Origin: a virus
Lineage: Duplodnaviria > Caudoviricetes
DNA: 53,677 bases
Virus record (IMG/VR): IMGVR_UViG_3300020195_000033
Coordinates: 1 to 53,677 of that record
Reading direction: 5' to 3' (one strand)
Shown: positions 26,100-35,257 of the stretch, one piece after another
How positions within the stretch are numbered: position 1 is the first letter of the stretch
How the letters are laid out: each line of letters begins with the position of its first letter
Position numbers and translations under genes: made by a program
The notes under the pieces: generated by a model
The model's database searches: none
The model's input: the letters and a program-made list of their open reading frames with translations, nothing else
What the model was told of the DNA's origin: nothing

Positions 26100-26215
26100 G
26101 ACAACGATGCTAGCTAGTGGGGCCGTCGCCCCGCACAGCCCAATGGATCAAATGACTGTGCGGGGACGGCTGCGACCGTTCAATAGGAAACTGAGGTCGG
26201 CCCCTTGTGCAGCCG

Positions 26216-26641
26216 TTACGCTTGCCAGCACGCTTCAGCGAGCTTGCCGAGATGGTACTCGTCGAGACACGCATCAATGTCAGCCGGTCGCCACCATCGT
26301 TGACGGCACCCTGGCGGCGCGCAGGACGACGGGGGACGTGATTCTCGTTGTAGTGAGCGCAGCGACTCAATCGACCACGGACGCGCCCCAGTCCACAACG
26401 GCTCAACGTCGACCGGGAGCGGGCGTGCGCCGAGCGTCGCCCACTTCGCCAACCGGACGGGCATCCCGTCTAGTTCGGCGCAATCTTCCATCAGTAGCGC
26501 GAGCGGACGCGGGTCTTTCACGACTGAGCGCGCTTTCAGGTTCGACTCGACTACGACCCAGCCGTCGCCGCGGTCAGCGAACGCAGCGAGACGTTGCACC
26601 GGGTCTGAGTAGCTCACCCACAGGAACCGTGCCCCGATCAT
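26216..26641 (-). CDS. hypothetical protein
   Basis: ATGA coupling to the upstream gene. Confidence 0.45.
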   Translation of the reverse strand: MIGARFLWVSYSDPVQRLAAFADRGDGWVVVESNLKARSVVKDPRPLALLMEDCAELDGMPVRLAKWATLGARPLPVDVEPLWTGARPWSIESLRSLQRESRPPSSCAPPGCRQRWWRPADIDACLDEYHLGKLAEACWQA

Positions 26642-26979
26642 CGTCGGAGAAACCCTCGACATGAGCCGTCACAGTGAATGGTCGTACCGATCGCTTCGTT
26701 CTCGTAGCCGGGGCCTGAGTCGATCGCTGAGTGCCCTTCGCAAGCTGCTGAAGCGCAGTCCTCGCACACCAGCCGCCCATCAGCGAGCCGGTAAGCGTCA
26801 GCCCACTGGCCCTTATCGTGGCCGGTGTTCCGGTCGACGATGATGTACTCCCCGACCTTCGCGCCGCCCTCAGTGTCGCACTCAGGGTCAGAGCATCGCG
26901 TCTCGTCAAAGTTCATGTCGTCGGGCAGGGTGTCATTGGCCCAGTAGCGCGGCTGACCAATCCGAACAGCGGCAGTCAT
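26638..26979 (-). CDS. hypothetical Cys-rich (zinc-binding?) protein
   Basis: ATGA-coupled start MTAAVRIG; CSDPEC, CEDC, HCDGSC. Confidence 0.55.
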   Translation of the reverse strand: MTAAVRIGQPRYWANDTLPDDMNFDETRCSDPECDTEGGAKVGEYIIVDRNTGHDKGQWADAYRLADGRLVCEDCASAACEGHSAIDSGPGYENEAIGTTIHCDGSCRGFLRR

Positions 26980-27374
26980 TCGACTTCCAGCATTCCTGGG
27001 TGCTTCTCTTGCCCGAACAGCGGCTCCACAGGAATCGCGGCGAGAACGAGCAGCGTCGACAGCGCGTTCAGAAAGCACGCCAGCACAGCGCCGGTATGCA
27101 AGTTCCTATTCCCGACGAACTTCTCAGTGACGTACTCCGGCTGTAGGTGAAACGTTCCAGCCCACTGATAAGCGCGACCGAAGTTCGATGCGACCCACCA
27201 ACCGTTCGGATGTGCCACGACTCGCCCGTGCGACATGCGACCGCCGCCGACAAGAACGACGTACTGAGTCATATCCCGCGGCGAGAACGACGTACACGAC
27301 GCACCCGACGCGAGGATCGACCGTGCTGCATCCTCCGCCGCCGCCGCGACTTCCTCAGAATCGAACTGGCTCAT
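26976..27374 (-). CDS. hypothetical protein
   Basis: Operon packing. Confidence 0.55.
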   Translation of the reverse strand: MSQFDSEEVAAAAEDAARSILASGASCTSFSPRDMTQYVVLVGGGRMSHGRVVAHPNGWWVASNFGRAYQWAGTFHLQPEYVTEKFVGNRNLHTGAVLACFLNALSTLLVLAAIPVEPLFGQEKHPGMLEVE

Positions 27375-27393
27375 GCTGCCGACGACTTGACAG

Positions 27394-27909
27394 TCACTTC
27401 GCGCCGACTTCGATGAAGCGGTCAGTGGTCAACACTTCGATCGGCTTTTCCCACGGCTGATCGGTCGCTTTCGCGATCACACGAACTGACGTAGTACCGC
27501 TCATGCCGCGAGCGCCCGGGGGTGCCCACAAGTCTGCGCGGGCGGGGCGAAGAACATATCCCTCGGCGTAGCCCTTGTCGCCCAGCGTCGTCCGACGTTT
27601 CGGGAAGTAACTCAGATACTTGCCGGTGCGAACACCGTTCAAGTCGAGCAGCATCCAACGTGTCCCGTACGGCCCGTCGAACGGTCGAGCCGGTACGAAG
27701 TCGCCGTCAGTGGTGAACAGCGCGGGGAACGTAGCCGTCCCGCCGTCGTCGACGATCCGAGCGTCGAGCCGAGCTTTCTGAGCGGACAGATCAGATGCCC
27801 ATTGGCTCAGCGCCCCGTCAGTTCCGCAGCGCTCGAAAGAATCGGCTGCGTCTTGGGCGTGAGCGGCGGCGGTTGCCCGAAGTTCTGCCGCGGTAGTCGT
27901 CGTAGTCAT
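27394..27909 (-). CDS. conserved hypothetical phage protein
   Basis: DSFERCGTDGALSQWAS motif; coupled start. Confidence 0.65.
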   Translation of the reverse strand: MTTTTTAAELRATAAAHAQDAADSFERCGTDGALSQWASDLSAQKARLDARIVDDGGTATFPALFTTDGDFVPARPFDGPYGTRWMLLDLNGVRTGKYLSYFPKRRTTLGDKGYAEGYVLRPARADLWAPPGARGMSGTTSVRVIAKATDQPWEKPIEVLTTDRFIEVGAK

Positions 27910-28160
27910 TTCGTCACCGACCGCGAACTGATCTTGCCTGTTTCGAGTAGGAGACGCTCAAGGCCGACTCGCGCAGCGGTCACCTTGACGAACGACTCGC
28001 TAACGAAGTCGACAGCGACAGCCACAGCCACAGCGTCACGCGCTGCACACAGTTCGTCGACAGCATCTTCCCAAGCGGACACCGCCTCAGCTATCGCCGT
28101 GTCGTCACGGTTCGCTGATGCCAGCAACTCTTTGATGGACTTCGGTTCAGTAGTTGTCAT
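27906..28160 (-). CDS. hypothetical protein (leaderless, MTTTEPK)
   Basis: ATG 6 nt after TACAAT; start re-called from 28622. Confidence 0.6.
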   Translation of the reverse strand: MTTTEPKSIKELLASANRDDTAIAEAVSAWEDAVDELCAARDAVAVAVAVDFVSESFVKVTAARVGLERLLLETGKISSRSVTK

Positions 28161-28206
28161 ACCGTCATTGTACCACCCCACAACGACAGTTACAACGCTA
28201 GTTGTA
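28161..28206 (-). promoter_or_regulatory. leaderless promoter with operator
   Basis: TTGTAA-17-TACAAT-6-ATG; TACAAC-N4-GTTGTA at 28191-28206. Confidence 0.8.
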
Positions 28207-28653
28207 GGGGTTTCGTTTGCGGCGGTGAGCGAACGACTGAAGCGCCAGCCCAGCGACAGACAAGAACGCCGCAACCCCGACGAGCCAGAACAGCTCGATG
28301 CCAGTCTTGGGTAGCCCCTCGCCGTTCGGTCGATGCGTGCAGTTCGGGTGACTCGCGAACTTCTTGCACCACTGAGCGTATGACAGCGTGGAAGGCGTGC
28401 AAGGCTGAGCGAAGTACGCGCCTGACGGGTAGGTGGCGTCGGGATTGATGCAGAAGTCGGGGAACTGGTAACGACACGGCCAGACACCGCTGAATATGTC
28501 CTGGTAGTAGCAGCCGTTCGGGTCAGCGCGCATTGCTTCCGCTGGGTACCCGGTTCCGGGCGGGGCCTTCTGAGAATCGGCAGCGACCGGAGCGGAGAAC
28601 GCAACCGGGACGAGCAGAGCAAGAACGACAGCTAGCCGCATTGTCTTAGTCAT
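28198..28653 (-). CDS. secreted LPXTG cell-wall-anchored protein
   Basis: Signal peptide MTKTMRLAVVLALLVPVAFSAPVAA; six-Cys core; LPKTG + TM + HRRKR tail. Confidence 0.8.
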   Translation of the reverse strand: MTKTMRLAVVLALLVPVAFSAPVAADSQKAPPGTGYPAEAMRADPNGCYYQDIFSGVWPCRYQFPDFCINPDATYPSGAYFAQPCTPSTLSYAQWCKKFASHPNCTHRPNGEGLPKTGIELFWLVGVAAFLSVAGLALQSFAHRRKRNPYN

Positions 28654-28729
28654 TGGAACACCTTTCGTGTGGGAGTTTCTAGACTAGAACACTACTCCGT
28701 AGTAGCGGGGGAAGCTACTACCGTTGTAA

Positions 28730-28987
28730 TCAGTCCCAGCCGTCGCAGCCGCAGTAGAAAATGTCCGTCAGCGTCGCCGGGTCTGTCTGCTCGAAGTCGT
28801 GCCCGTCGCGCATCGCTTTCACCATGTGCGGGCGGTTGCGAACGTCGACGTGATGCGCTATCGGGGCGTAGCGACAGTGTTGACACCGGGAAGCGGCGCG
28901 ACGTTCAGCAGTGTCAAAGAACGCCAGCGAAGTCGACGAGGGCCGTTTCTCCCCACAGTGACAGACCGCCATACGAGTCGTGCTCAC
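28730..28987 (-). CDS. small Cys-rich protein
   Basis: CHCG, CQHC and YCGCDGWD; ATGA coupling. Confidence 0.65.
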   Translation of the reverse strand: MSTTRMAVCHCGEKRPSSTSLAFFDTAERRAASRCQHCRYAPIAHHVDVRNRPHMVKAMRDGHDFEQTDPATLTDIFYCGCDGWD

Positions 28988-29256
28988 GCGAACCGCCTAC
29001 GTCCATACGGGGTCCACTCTGGGCCTGCCCCGATCACTCGGACAGCGCCTTCGATCGACAACGCTCCGCAGGCCACCTTGCGCCACAGAAGGTCGTCAGG
29101 GGCGCACCAACCGCCGCTACGAGAGCCGAAGCCAGTAACCCTGTCAGCCTGCTCTACAGTGACCCCAGCACGCACCAGCGCCGCTCTGGCCTCAGCTTCA
29201 GACCACGATTCGACAGTCAGCGGGTAGCAGGCGTGATCTTCGACCCAATCGAACAC
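28984..29256 (-). CDS. hypothetical protein
   Basis: Coupled to the downstream gene. Confidence 0.45.
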   Translation of the reverse strand: MFDWVEDHACYPLTVESWSEAEARAALVRAGVTVEQADRVTGFGSRSGGWCAPDDLLWRKVACGALSIEGAVRVIGAGPEWTPYGRRRFA

Positions 29257-29319
29257 TGATGCGTGTTCGTCGCAGACGTGACCGGCCCAGCCGCCCGCAC
29301 CCTTGTCGAGTCCGTAGCA

Positions 29320-29642
29320 GGTCGCTTCTGTTCGGATTAGACGTTCGACGACACAGACAGTTCATTTCTAACTATCTCCTTCTACAGCCTGATTGTCAGC
29401 ACCATCTACAAGCTCCCGGGCGCTTCCAGTCGCTCAACAATCAGAGTCGGATCGCGGGGCGACGGGCGGCAGTCGTCGGTGTCCACGGCAGTCTGAACTA
29501 CCACGGAGAGGCAGCAATACGAAACGCGGCGATGGGGATCGATTGGATGAGCCAGCCTGAGTTAGCGCAGGCGATACCGCCAGCATATTCGTACTGGATC
29601 GGGACTCAGATCACAATGCCATTGAGAACCTCAGCTAGCTGA
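29320..29642 (+). pseudogene. 3' remnant of a phage DNA-cytosine methyltransferase-like gene
   Basis: FGLDVRRHRQF.SN and AMGIDWM..ELAQAIPPAYSYWIG are present; the N-terminal SAM-binding and PC motifs are absent. Confidence 0.7.
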
Positions 29643-30031
29643 GCACGTAGTCGACGGTTCGCGACCTGTAGCCGCTTGTAGCTCGCCTCCCAATACGCCG
29701 CCCCATGCCCGCCAGCCTTGTGTAGCCGCGCACCGTCAGGCCAGCGCACAGCGAGATGACGAACGACTTCGACGATCGCCTGCTCGATATCACCCGGGCA
29801 TCCACACTGAGCCGCCTGACGGGCCAGCCAGTCTCTCACGTCGACCGGTAGCTGCTCGCGGCGTTGCTCGCGCTGCACAAGCCGCTGCAGCCACGCTGCC
29901 GGTCTGATCTTCGCTAACTCAGCCTGGTCGCGCACCCACGCCGCGGTCGACGGCGGACAGCGGAACCCGAGCATGATCGACGACCGGCGTACCGGGGGCG
30001 GTGGTGCTGTCCCGTCAAGATCGAGAGTCAC
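29606..30031 (-). CDS. RHH-like DNA-binding protein
   Basis: GTGA-coupled start; MLGFRCPPSTAAWVRDQAE...AAWLQRLV. Confidence 0.5.
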   Translation of the reverse strand: MTLDLDGTAPPPPVRRSSIMLGFRCPPSTAAWVRDQAELAKIRPAAWLQRLVQREQRREQLPVDVRDWLARQAAQCGCPGDIEQAIVEVVRHLAVRWPDGARLHKAGGHGAAYWEASYKRLQVANRRLRAQLAEVLNGIVI

Positions 30032-30195
30032 AGTTCCGCTCTCCCGCATGACGTGCAGATCACCTTCGACGTGCCGAGCGTCAAGTTCCGTTCTACACCA
30101 GTGAACAGATGAGGTAGACCGCGACGCATCCGACACGCCGATGCCTGAACGGTACGACGCTTCTCCCGGTTCGCTATGCGCGCCTGCTTGCCCAT
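30028..30195 (-). CDS. 55-aa basic Cys protein, paralog of 34663..34851 (not in the ORF track)
   Basis: Translates MGKQARIANREKRRTVQASACRMRRGLPHLFTGVERNLTLGTSKVICTSCGRAEL; coupled at both ends. Confidence 0.75.
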   Translation of the reverse strand: MGKQARIANREKRRTVQASACRMRRGLPHLFTGVERNLTLGTSKVICTSCGRAEL

Positions 30196-30362
30196 CAGTC
30201 GACACAGCGCGGGCAGAACGGGAGCGGACGTTCATCGCCGCGCTGCTGCAACACCCAACCGCGAGCGCTCAACGCCGACATGATCGACCCAAGAGCCGCA
30301 GGGATATGCACCGTCGTCTGCGCAGCGCACGACGGGCTAGCGCAAGTGAATACCGTGTTCAT
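30195..30362 (-). CDS. small zinc-finger protein
   Basis: CASPSC...RGW...FCPRC; ATGA-coupled start. Confidence 0.6.
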   Translation of the reverse strand: MNTVFTCASPSCAAQTTVHIPAALGSIMSALSARGWVLQQRGDERPLPFCPRCVD

Positions 30363-30532
30363 GACACTTCGACAAGGTGATGACGTTTCACCCACAGCCA
30401 CGTCGACAGCGATGCTGAGTCGACCCGTAGCAACTCCCCTGCGCTTCCAGTGATCTGCCAGTCGCGTGCGTCGCCAGGGAGATCGCACATGGCGAGCCGG
30501 AAACGAAGATGACGTTCGCTGACCCTCTTCAT
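30359..30532 (-). CDS. 57-aa hypothetical protein (not in the ORF track)
   Basis: ATGA overlaps at both ends (MKRVSERHLRF...). Confidence 0.5.
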   Translation of the reverse strand: MKRVSERHLRFRLAMCDLPGDARDWQITGSAGELLRVDSASLSTWLWVKRHHLVEVS

Positions 30533-31182
30533 TCGGTTGCAGTCGTTTCGATCGCAGGCTGAGAGAACCGGGAGACGATCTGAGCCATCCGTTCAGCAAC
30601 AAGATCAGCGACAGCCGACGAATCGGTTTGATCGTGAACCGTGATCGCCAACGTCGCCTTCTTCCCGTACACAGACGGCTCCAAATGTTCCAGCCGCCAT
30701 TGCACCATCCCCGAATCGGGCAGCGTCCGCTCAACAGTCTCGACCGTTTCGACGAGCGCGCCAGCCGAGTCTTTCTTGATACGTGTCGACTTGACTTCGA
30801 CACCGCCGCGTGCGATCTGCTCCGAAACAACGGTGAGACGGGCCACCTGAGAGCCGTGCGCTCGCACGGTACGCTCAGCGAAGATCGCCATGTCCTGCTG
30901 ATCGGGGGTGAAGTCTGTCTCCCACCCTGCGCCGGAGTTGAGTCGGGCGACGACGAGCTGGCCTTCGCGCATCCACGTCAGATACTCAGACGCTACGACT
31001 CCCGCTGCTGCTGCCGCGGTGACCGGGTGAACACCTGCGTCGATCTGCGACACGATGTAGTCACCGATCGTTGTCGGTTTCCCAGCGGTCAGATCGGACG
31101 GTAGGAGCGTCGAGATTGTCGGGCGTAGCGGGCGCGGCGGTGTCAGCCTGAACGACTGCGAACGATCCAACGTGTCAGTCAT
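30529..31182 (-). CDS. terminase small subunit-like HTH protein
   Basis: I..GVHPVTAAAAAGV....TWMREG...FAE..VRA...WRLEHLEPSVYGK; follows the ParB-MTase gene. Confidence 0.6.
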   Translation of the reverse strand: MTDTLDRSQSFRLTPPRPLRPTISTLLPSDLTAGKPTTIGDYIVSQIDAGVHPVTAAAAAGVVASEYLTWMREGQLVVARLNSGAGWETDFTPDQQDMAIFAERTVRAHGSQVARLTVVSEQIARGGVEVKSTRIKKDSAGALVETVETVERTLPDSGMVQWRLEHLEPSVYGKKATLAITVHDQTDSSAVADLVAERMAQIVSRFSQPAIETTATE

Positions 31183-32684
31183 TTTTGTTGACCTATCAAG
31201 AAATCACCCAACGTCGTCCGCTTCAACACATGGCCGGGGTCTGTCGCTGCTGCGGCGAAGTCGTGAGACTGGCCGGTCGATTCCAACACAGGTTTGATCC
31301 CGGTAGTGAGCTGGAACCGCTTGCAGATTATGTCGCAGTAGCCCTTCGAGATTTCCGTGCCGAAGCCGACTCGCGACTGATTGTGAGCGGCGAGCAACGT
31401 CGACCCTGAACCCATGAACGGGTCGAACACGTTGTCGCCAGCGTCGGTGTATGCGCGGATGAACCATTCGGGCAGGCCGACCGGGAACGCCGCAGTGTGG
31501 CCAGTCGCATCATGGGAGCCGTTGAACGTCGGTAGCCGGTTACTCGGATACGCCATCCCATGCTCCGTGTATTCGCCTGGGGCAGTGTTCTGGCCTTGTG
31601 TCTTAGACATTCCGCTTGACGAACCGTTCCGGCGTTTCTTGCGACCCGCACCGATCGCAGCGAACCCGTTGCCTTGAGCGTCCTGCCATGAAGTGTTGCC
31701 GCCGCCAGGGCCGACGTTGATCGGCACATTGTCGGACGGGTGGCGCACCTCGTCGGGTCGCATCTTCCATTCGCCTCGGGCGAACTGGTAGATCGGCTCA
31801 AAATTGTTCTTGAACCGGCGAGTCACGCTCTTCGGGACACCGTTACGTTCCCAACAAAACTCGGTCGCGAAATGCCAACCCCACTCACGAACATGAGCAA
31901 TCACCAAGTCGAACACGTAGAGGCTCGTATCGAGTCCATCCGCCGAGGTTTTGATGTTCACGAACCAAGAACCGTCAACCGTCAGATTCGCTGCCACATT
32001 CGCCGCGACCGCCGCGAACCATTCGACATACTCGTCGGGCTTGATCGGTGTGAACCCCGATCCGGGGTCGTAGACCCGCTGCTCCGCGTACGGCGGTGAA
32101 GTGAACGCAAGATTGATCTTCGCCCCCGCCAACAACCGCGTCACGTCCTGCTCGTCGCGTGAAGAACCGCAAAGTAGCCGGTGAGGGCCGAGTAGCCACA
32201 GATCGCCAGGCACAGTGATAGCGGGCGCATAATCGACCTCGATCACATCAGGCGTGGACGTTTCAGGCTCAGCAGCAGCGAGTTGCGCCATCAGATCGGA
32301 CAGGTCACCCGCGGCGAACCCTGTGCCAGCGAACCCCGCCGCCGTCTCACTGAGCTGGGACAGAAGCCCAACGAGAGTCGACGAATCGTAGGTGCCGCTG
32401 TCGCTTGTCTGATTGTCGTTCAGCAGGATTCTGAGCGCCTCTTCGTCGTCAACGTCAAGGAACATGACCGGCACGAACAGATCGCCGCCACGCTTCAACA
32501 TGCGATGCCGATGATTCCCGGCGATGATCGACCGCGACGATTCTTGAACGATCACCGCACCGTAGAAACCGTGCGCGTCGATCGACGCTTCAATCGCAGT
32601 CTCATCACCACGCCGCGGATTCAGGGGATGCTCCCCGATCGAGTCGATCAGTACTGCCGGGTCGTACCGTTGCGCGACGATCAT
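31179..32684 (-). CDS. ParB-like domain + N4/N6 DNA methyltransferase (beta class)
   Basis: HPLNPRRGD..IIAGNHR; GDLWLLGPHRLLCG; FTSPPY; HTAAFP; DPFMGSGST. Confidence 0.92.
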   Translation of the reverse strand: MIVAQRYDPAVLIDSIGEHPLNPRRGDETAIEASIDAHGFYGAVIVQESSRSIIAGNHRHRMLKRGGDLFVPVMFLDVDDEEALRILLNDNQTSDSGTYDSSTLVGLLSQLSETAAGFAGTGFAAGDLSDLMAQLAAAEPETSTPDVIEVDYAPAITVPGDLWLLGPHRLLCGSSRDEQDVTRLLAGAKINLAFTSPPYAEQRVYDPGSGFTPIKPDEYVEWFAAVAANVAANLTVDGSWFVNIKTSADGLDTSLYVFDLVIAHVREWGWHFATEFCWERNGVPKSVTRRFKNNFEPIYQFARGEWKMRPDEVRHPSDNVPINVGPGGGNTSWQDAQGNGFAAIGAGRKKRRNGSSSGMSKTQGQNTAPGEYTEHGMAYPSNRLPTFNGSHDATGHTAAFPVGLPEWFIRAYTDAGDNVFDPFMGSGSTLLAAHNQSRVGFGTEISKGYCDIICKRFQLTTGIKPVLESTGQSHDFAAAATDPGHVLKRTTLGDFLIGQQK

Positions 32685-32965
32685 CGGACGCTCTTGGGTC
32701 TGGCAACAATCGGGCGGCGCGTCCGACCGACGACGACTTCCGTTTCGCCGCGAGGAATCGGATGCGCGACCATCGGCTCGAACTGACCAAACTCATTGAT
32801 CGGCGCGGCCCTACCCATTTGCTGACGTGCCAGCATCGTCATCGTGTTCCGCACATGCACCTGAGGATTCACCCCAGCACAGAGCGCACGCTCGACAATG
32901 AAGTCGTCAACGTCCTGATCGAACCGCATCGTTCTCGCTGGCCCCTGCGTCTTAGGTCGTGCCAT
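32681..32965 (-). CDS. RHH-like DNA-binding protein (leaderless MARPKT)
   Basis: TGaTACGGT 7 nt before the ATG; RTMRFDQDVDDFIVERA. Confidence 0.55.
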   Translation of the reverse strand: MARPKTQGPARTMRFDQDVDDFIVERALCAGVNPQVHVRNTMTMLARQQMGRAAPINEFGQFEPMVAHPIPRGETEVVVGRTRRPIVARPKSVR

Positions 32966-33015
32966 GCGAGACACCGTATCAGGGGTTAGCGCGCTCGCAT
33001 TCGTTCCGAGCGCGC

Positions 33016-33390
33016 TCATACAACGACTTCGCCGCCAAAGATTTCTCGGTAAGTCGCGACTTCGTTGCGTTCCCAATCCGCTGACTCCGGCGCAGGAATC
33101 CTCGCTGCTGCCCGCACAGCACGTTCTGCTGCCCGTTCAGAGTCAAGTAGCGATTGACGTTCGGCGTTATCGACTGCCCGTTGAGCGTCAGTAGCCGCGG
33201 ATTCATTGAGGACTAGCTGTGCGAGGTCGAGCATTGACGCGTCGGCGGGGGCTGTGAAGGTGCCGGTGTTGCGGTGGGAGTCTGACCATTGGTGTCGGCG
33301 GTTTCGGTCTTGGTCGGGTGTTCCGAGTGTTGAAGCGTGGGCTTGGTAGGTGATGATTCCGTTGGTGGCGAGTTGTATGTCGAGTTTCAT
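33016..33390 (-). CDS. hypothetical protein
   Basis: ATGA coupling. Confidence 0.55.
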   Translation of the reverse strand: MKLDIQLATNGIITYQAHASTLGTPDQDRNRRHQWSDSHRNTGTFTAPADASMLDLAQLVLNESAATDAQRAVDNAERQSLLDSERAAERAVRAAARIPAPESADWERNEVATYREIFGGEVVV

Positions 33391-33653
33391 GGGGTCGTTT
33401 CTGTGTGTGGAGTGAGTGTGCTGGTCGGGGTGTTGCTCGTCGTGTGGATGTTATCGGTGGGGTTTCGCGTGAGTGTTAGTTCGTTGAGTGGGATGAGGCG
33501 GTCAAGGAAGTCTTTGACGGCGTGATTGATGATCGAGTTTGCTGACACTTCGCGTTCTGCTGCGACGGCGCGCAGTCTGTCGTTCATCTCGACGGGTAGC
33601 CGTACATTCTTTTGGTGGCGTTCGGCGTATTCTCTCGGTCGGCCCACGCTCAT
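33387..33653 (-). CDS. Arc-like ribbon-helix-helix regulator
   Basis: GRPR...NVRLPVEMNDRLRAVAAEREVSANSIINHAV. Confidence 0.8.
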   Translation of the reverse strand: MSVGRPREYAERHQKNVRLPVEMNDRLRAVAAEREVSANSIINHAVKDFLDRLIPLNELTLTRNPTDNIHTTSNTPTSTLTPHTETTP

Positions 33654-33705
33654 GTTGGCTCTTGACGAGACGCTAGAAGGTCGTCGGGGCGGGCGACTGA
33701 CATTC

Positions 33706-33984
33706 CTAGTTGGCCTTCCGTAACGCCGAGTAAAATGGATCGAAGCGTTGCGTCACATGAGATCGTAGCCAAATGCGTCGGCGTGCGTAGGCTAGTTGAC
33801 GGTTGATCGGCCACGCCATCCGCCGCCGTCCTTGCCGTCGCACCCCACGCTCTGTATAGGCCCGAGGGCACCACGGACACATATCCCATTCGGCCTGCCA
33901 TGTTTTCCCATACCACGCTTTACGCACAGCCCGATCAGGGTGAGATCTGGATTCTCGGACCCGGTACACCTGCATATCGTTCAT
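33706..33984 (-). CDS. hypothetical protein
   Basis: GGAGG SD; coupled start. Confidence 0.5.
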   Translation of the reverse strand: MNDMQVYRVRESRSHPDRAVRKAWYGKTWQAEWDMCPWCPRAYTERGVRRQGRRRMAWPINRQLAYARRRIWLRSHVTQRFDPFYSALRKAN

Positions 33985-34175
33985 GTCGGTTCCTCCGTTC
34001 CCGACCGGGCCGGGAACCCGATGCGAAGCTCTAACTCTCGTAGGACAAGTTCAAGGGCCGCAACACGACCGCACGCCATGCTGTATTGATGCTGGCCGAA
34101 CGGCGCGTGCTTGTCCCTTTCGGAGTTCGCTACATCAAGTTGCGTTTCAATCCAACCGAACAATGTCGACGCCAT
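33981..34175 (-). CDS. hypothetical protein
   Basis: TGATG coupling (MASTLFG). Confidence 0.5.
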   Translation of the reverse strand: MASTLFGWIETQLDVANSERDKHAPFGQHQYSMACGRVAALELVLRELELRIGFPARSGTEEPT

Positions 34176-34666
34176 CAGTCCTCGACTCCAAGCCACCCGA
34201 GAAGATCAAACAGCGACGGCGCTAGGTAGTCGCACATGAGGTACATCAACTCCGGTTCGACCGGGTTCTCTAGCAAGATGGCGGTGCGCTTGCCTGCACC
34301 AACAGCCCAGCCGAGTTCAAGGTGTGCGGACTTGCCGCACGGCAGCACCATGACGAACGTGTCAGCGCGCTGCATCGCAGCAAAGTCAGCGTTGAAGCCT
34401 TCGGTAGCGCGAGGGTGATGCACCATTGCTAGGTACTCGTCAACATCTTCCCAGTCGCTGCCTTTCGCCGCGATTGGGGCAGATGGCACGCCGTCAGACT
34501 TGACCTGCTTCCACGAGAACCCGGTGCCACCTGGCGGGTTCTTGAAGTCGTAGTGTTCAATGCCTGCCGAGCGAAGTGCTGCACAGACGCCCGTGTGCAT
34601 CATGTTGCGCCAGGAACTAGCGACGTAGATGTAGTTGGGGATCATTCCGGTTCTTTCTCCGCTCAT
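34175..34666 (-). CDS. nucleoside 2-deoxyribosyltransferase-like protein
   Basis: IYVASSWRN..YDFKNP..D..AMQRADTFVMVLPCGKSAHLELGWAVGAGK. Confidence 0.8.
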   Translation of the reverse strand: MSGERTGMIPNYIYVASSWRNMMHTGVCAALRSAGIEHYDFKNPPGGTGFSWKQVKSDGVPSAPIAAKGSDWEDVDEYLAMVHHPRATEGFNADFAAMQRADTFVMVLPCGKSAHLELGWAVGAGKRTAILLENPVEPELMYLMCDYLAPSLFDLLGWLGVED

Positions 34667-34851
34667 GTCGTTTCCTCCGTTACTCGACTTCGGGCTGCGC
34701 ATCCGCACCAACTACAAATTACCTTTGATGTGCCGAGCGTCAGATTGCGCTCAACACCCGAGAACAAGTGCGGCAAACCGCCACGCACACGGCACCCGGT
34801 CGCGCTGCGGGCCTTCTTCCTAGCCTTCACGGCGTCCCCGATTCTGCCCAA
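34663..34851 (-). CDS. small basic Cys protein, paralog of 30028..30195
   Basis: GLPHLFSGVERNLTLGTSKVICSWCG. Confidence 0.7.
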   Translation of the reverse strand: MGRIGDAVKARKKARSATGCRVRGGLPHLFSGVERNLTLGTSKVICSWCGCAARSRVTEETT

Positions 34852-35057
34852 CGCACCCGCTGGTCACTAGTCGGCTCACAGAACCACAGCACCCCATGAG
34901 GGCACACCAGGTTTGAAGGTCCGAACGGTGTCGGGAATATCGGTGGAACGGTTGTGGCGTGTATCTCAATGTCAAGACCGGCCATAAAGCCAACAAGCGC
35001 CGCCTTACACATCAAGGCGCAGCCGCATCTGACCTGCTCATCCGAACGCTCACTCAC
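34827..35057 (-). CDS. hypothetical protein
   Basis: GTGA-coupled; CPHG..W.CEPT. Confidence 0.55.
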   Translation of the reverse strand: MSERSDEQVRCGCALMCKAALVGFMAGLDIEIHATTVPPIFPTPFGPSNLVCPHGVLWFCEPTSDQRVRWAESGTP

Positions 35058-35257
35058 GGCTTGCCCCGTTCTGCTACCGCGGTCGCAAGGGACGCTGCCG
35101 CTTGTCGCACGGCCGCACGACGGGTGAACGTGAACCCGACCTCATAGCGGTCGCCGCCGAGGTGCTGCGTCCAACACCAACGGCGAGGCAGAAGCGCACG
35201 CCACGACATTCGCATCAGGTCTACAGGATCGGCCACCAACTCTGACATGTCGCTCAC
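35054..35257 (-). CDS. hypothetical protein
   Basis: Starts and ends within junction repeats. Confidence 0.5.
   Translation of the reverse strand: MSDMSELVADPVDLMRMSWRALLPRRWCWTQHLGGDRYEVGFTFTRRAAVRQAAASLATAVAERGKP

Noticed and set aside
26530-26560. GGTTCGACTC as a tRNA T-loop
   Set aside because: No cloverleaf in the flanks, and it lies inside a CDS.
28697-28723. Hairpin gtagtagc/gctactac as an ncRNA or riboswitch
   Set aside because: A single 8-bp stem with no further structure; at most a weak terminator or processing site.
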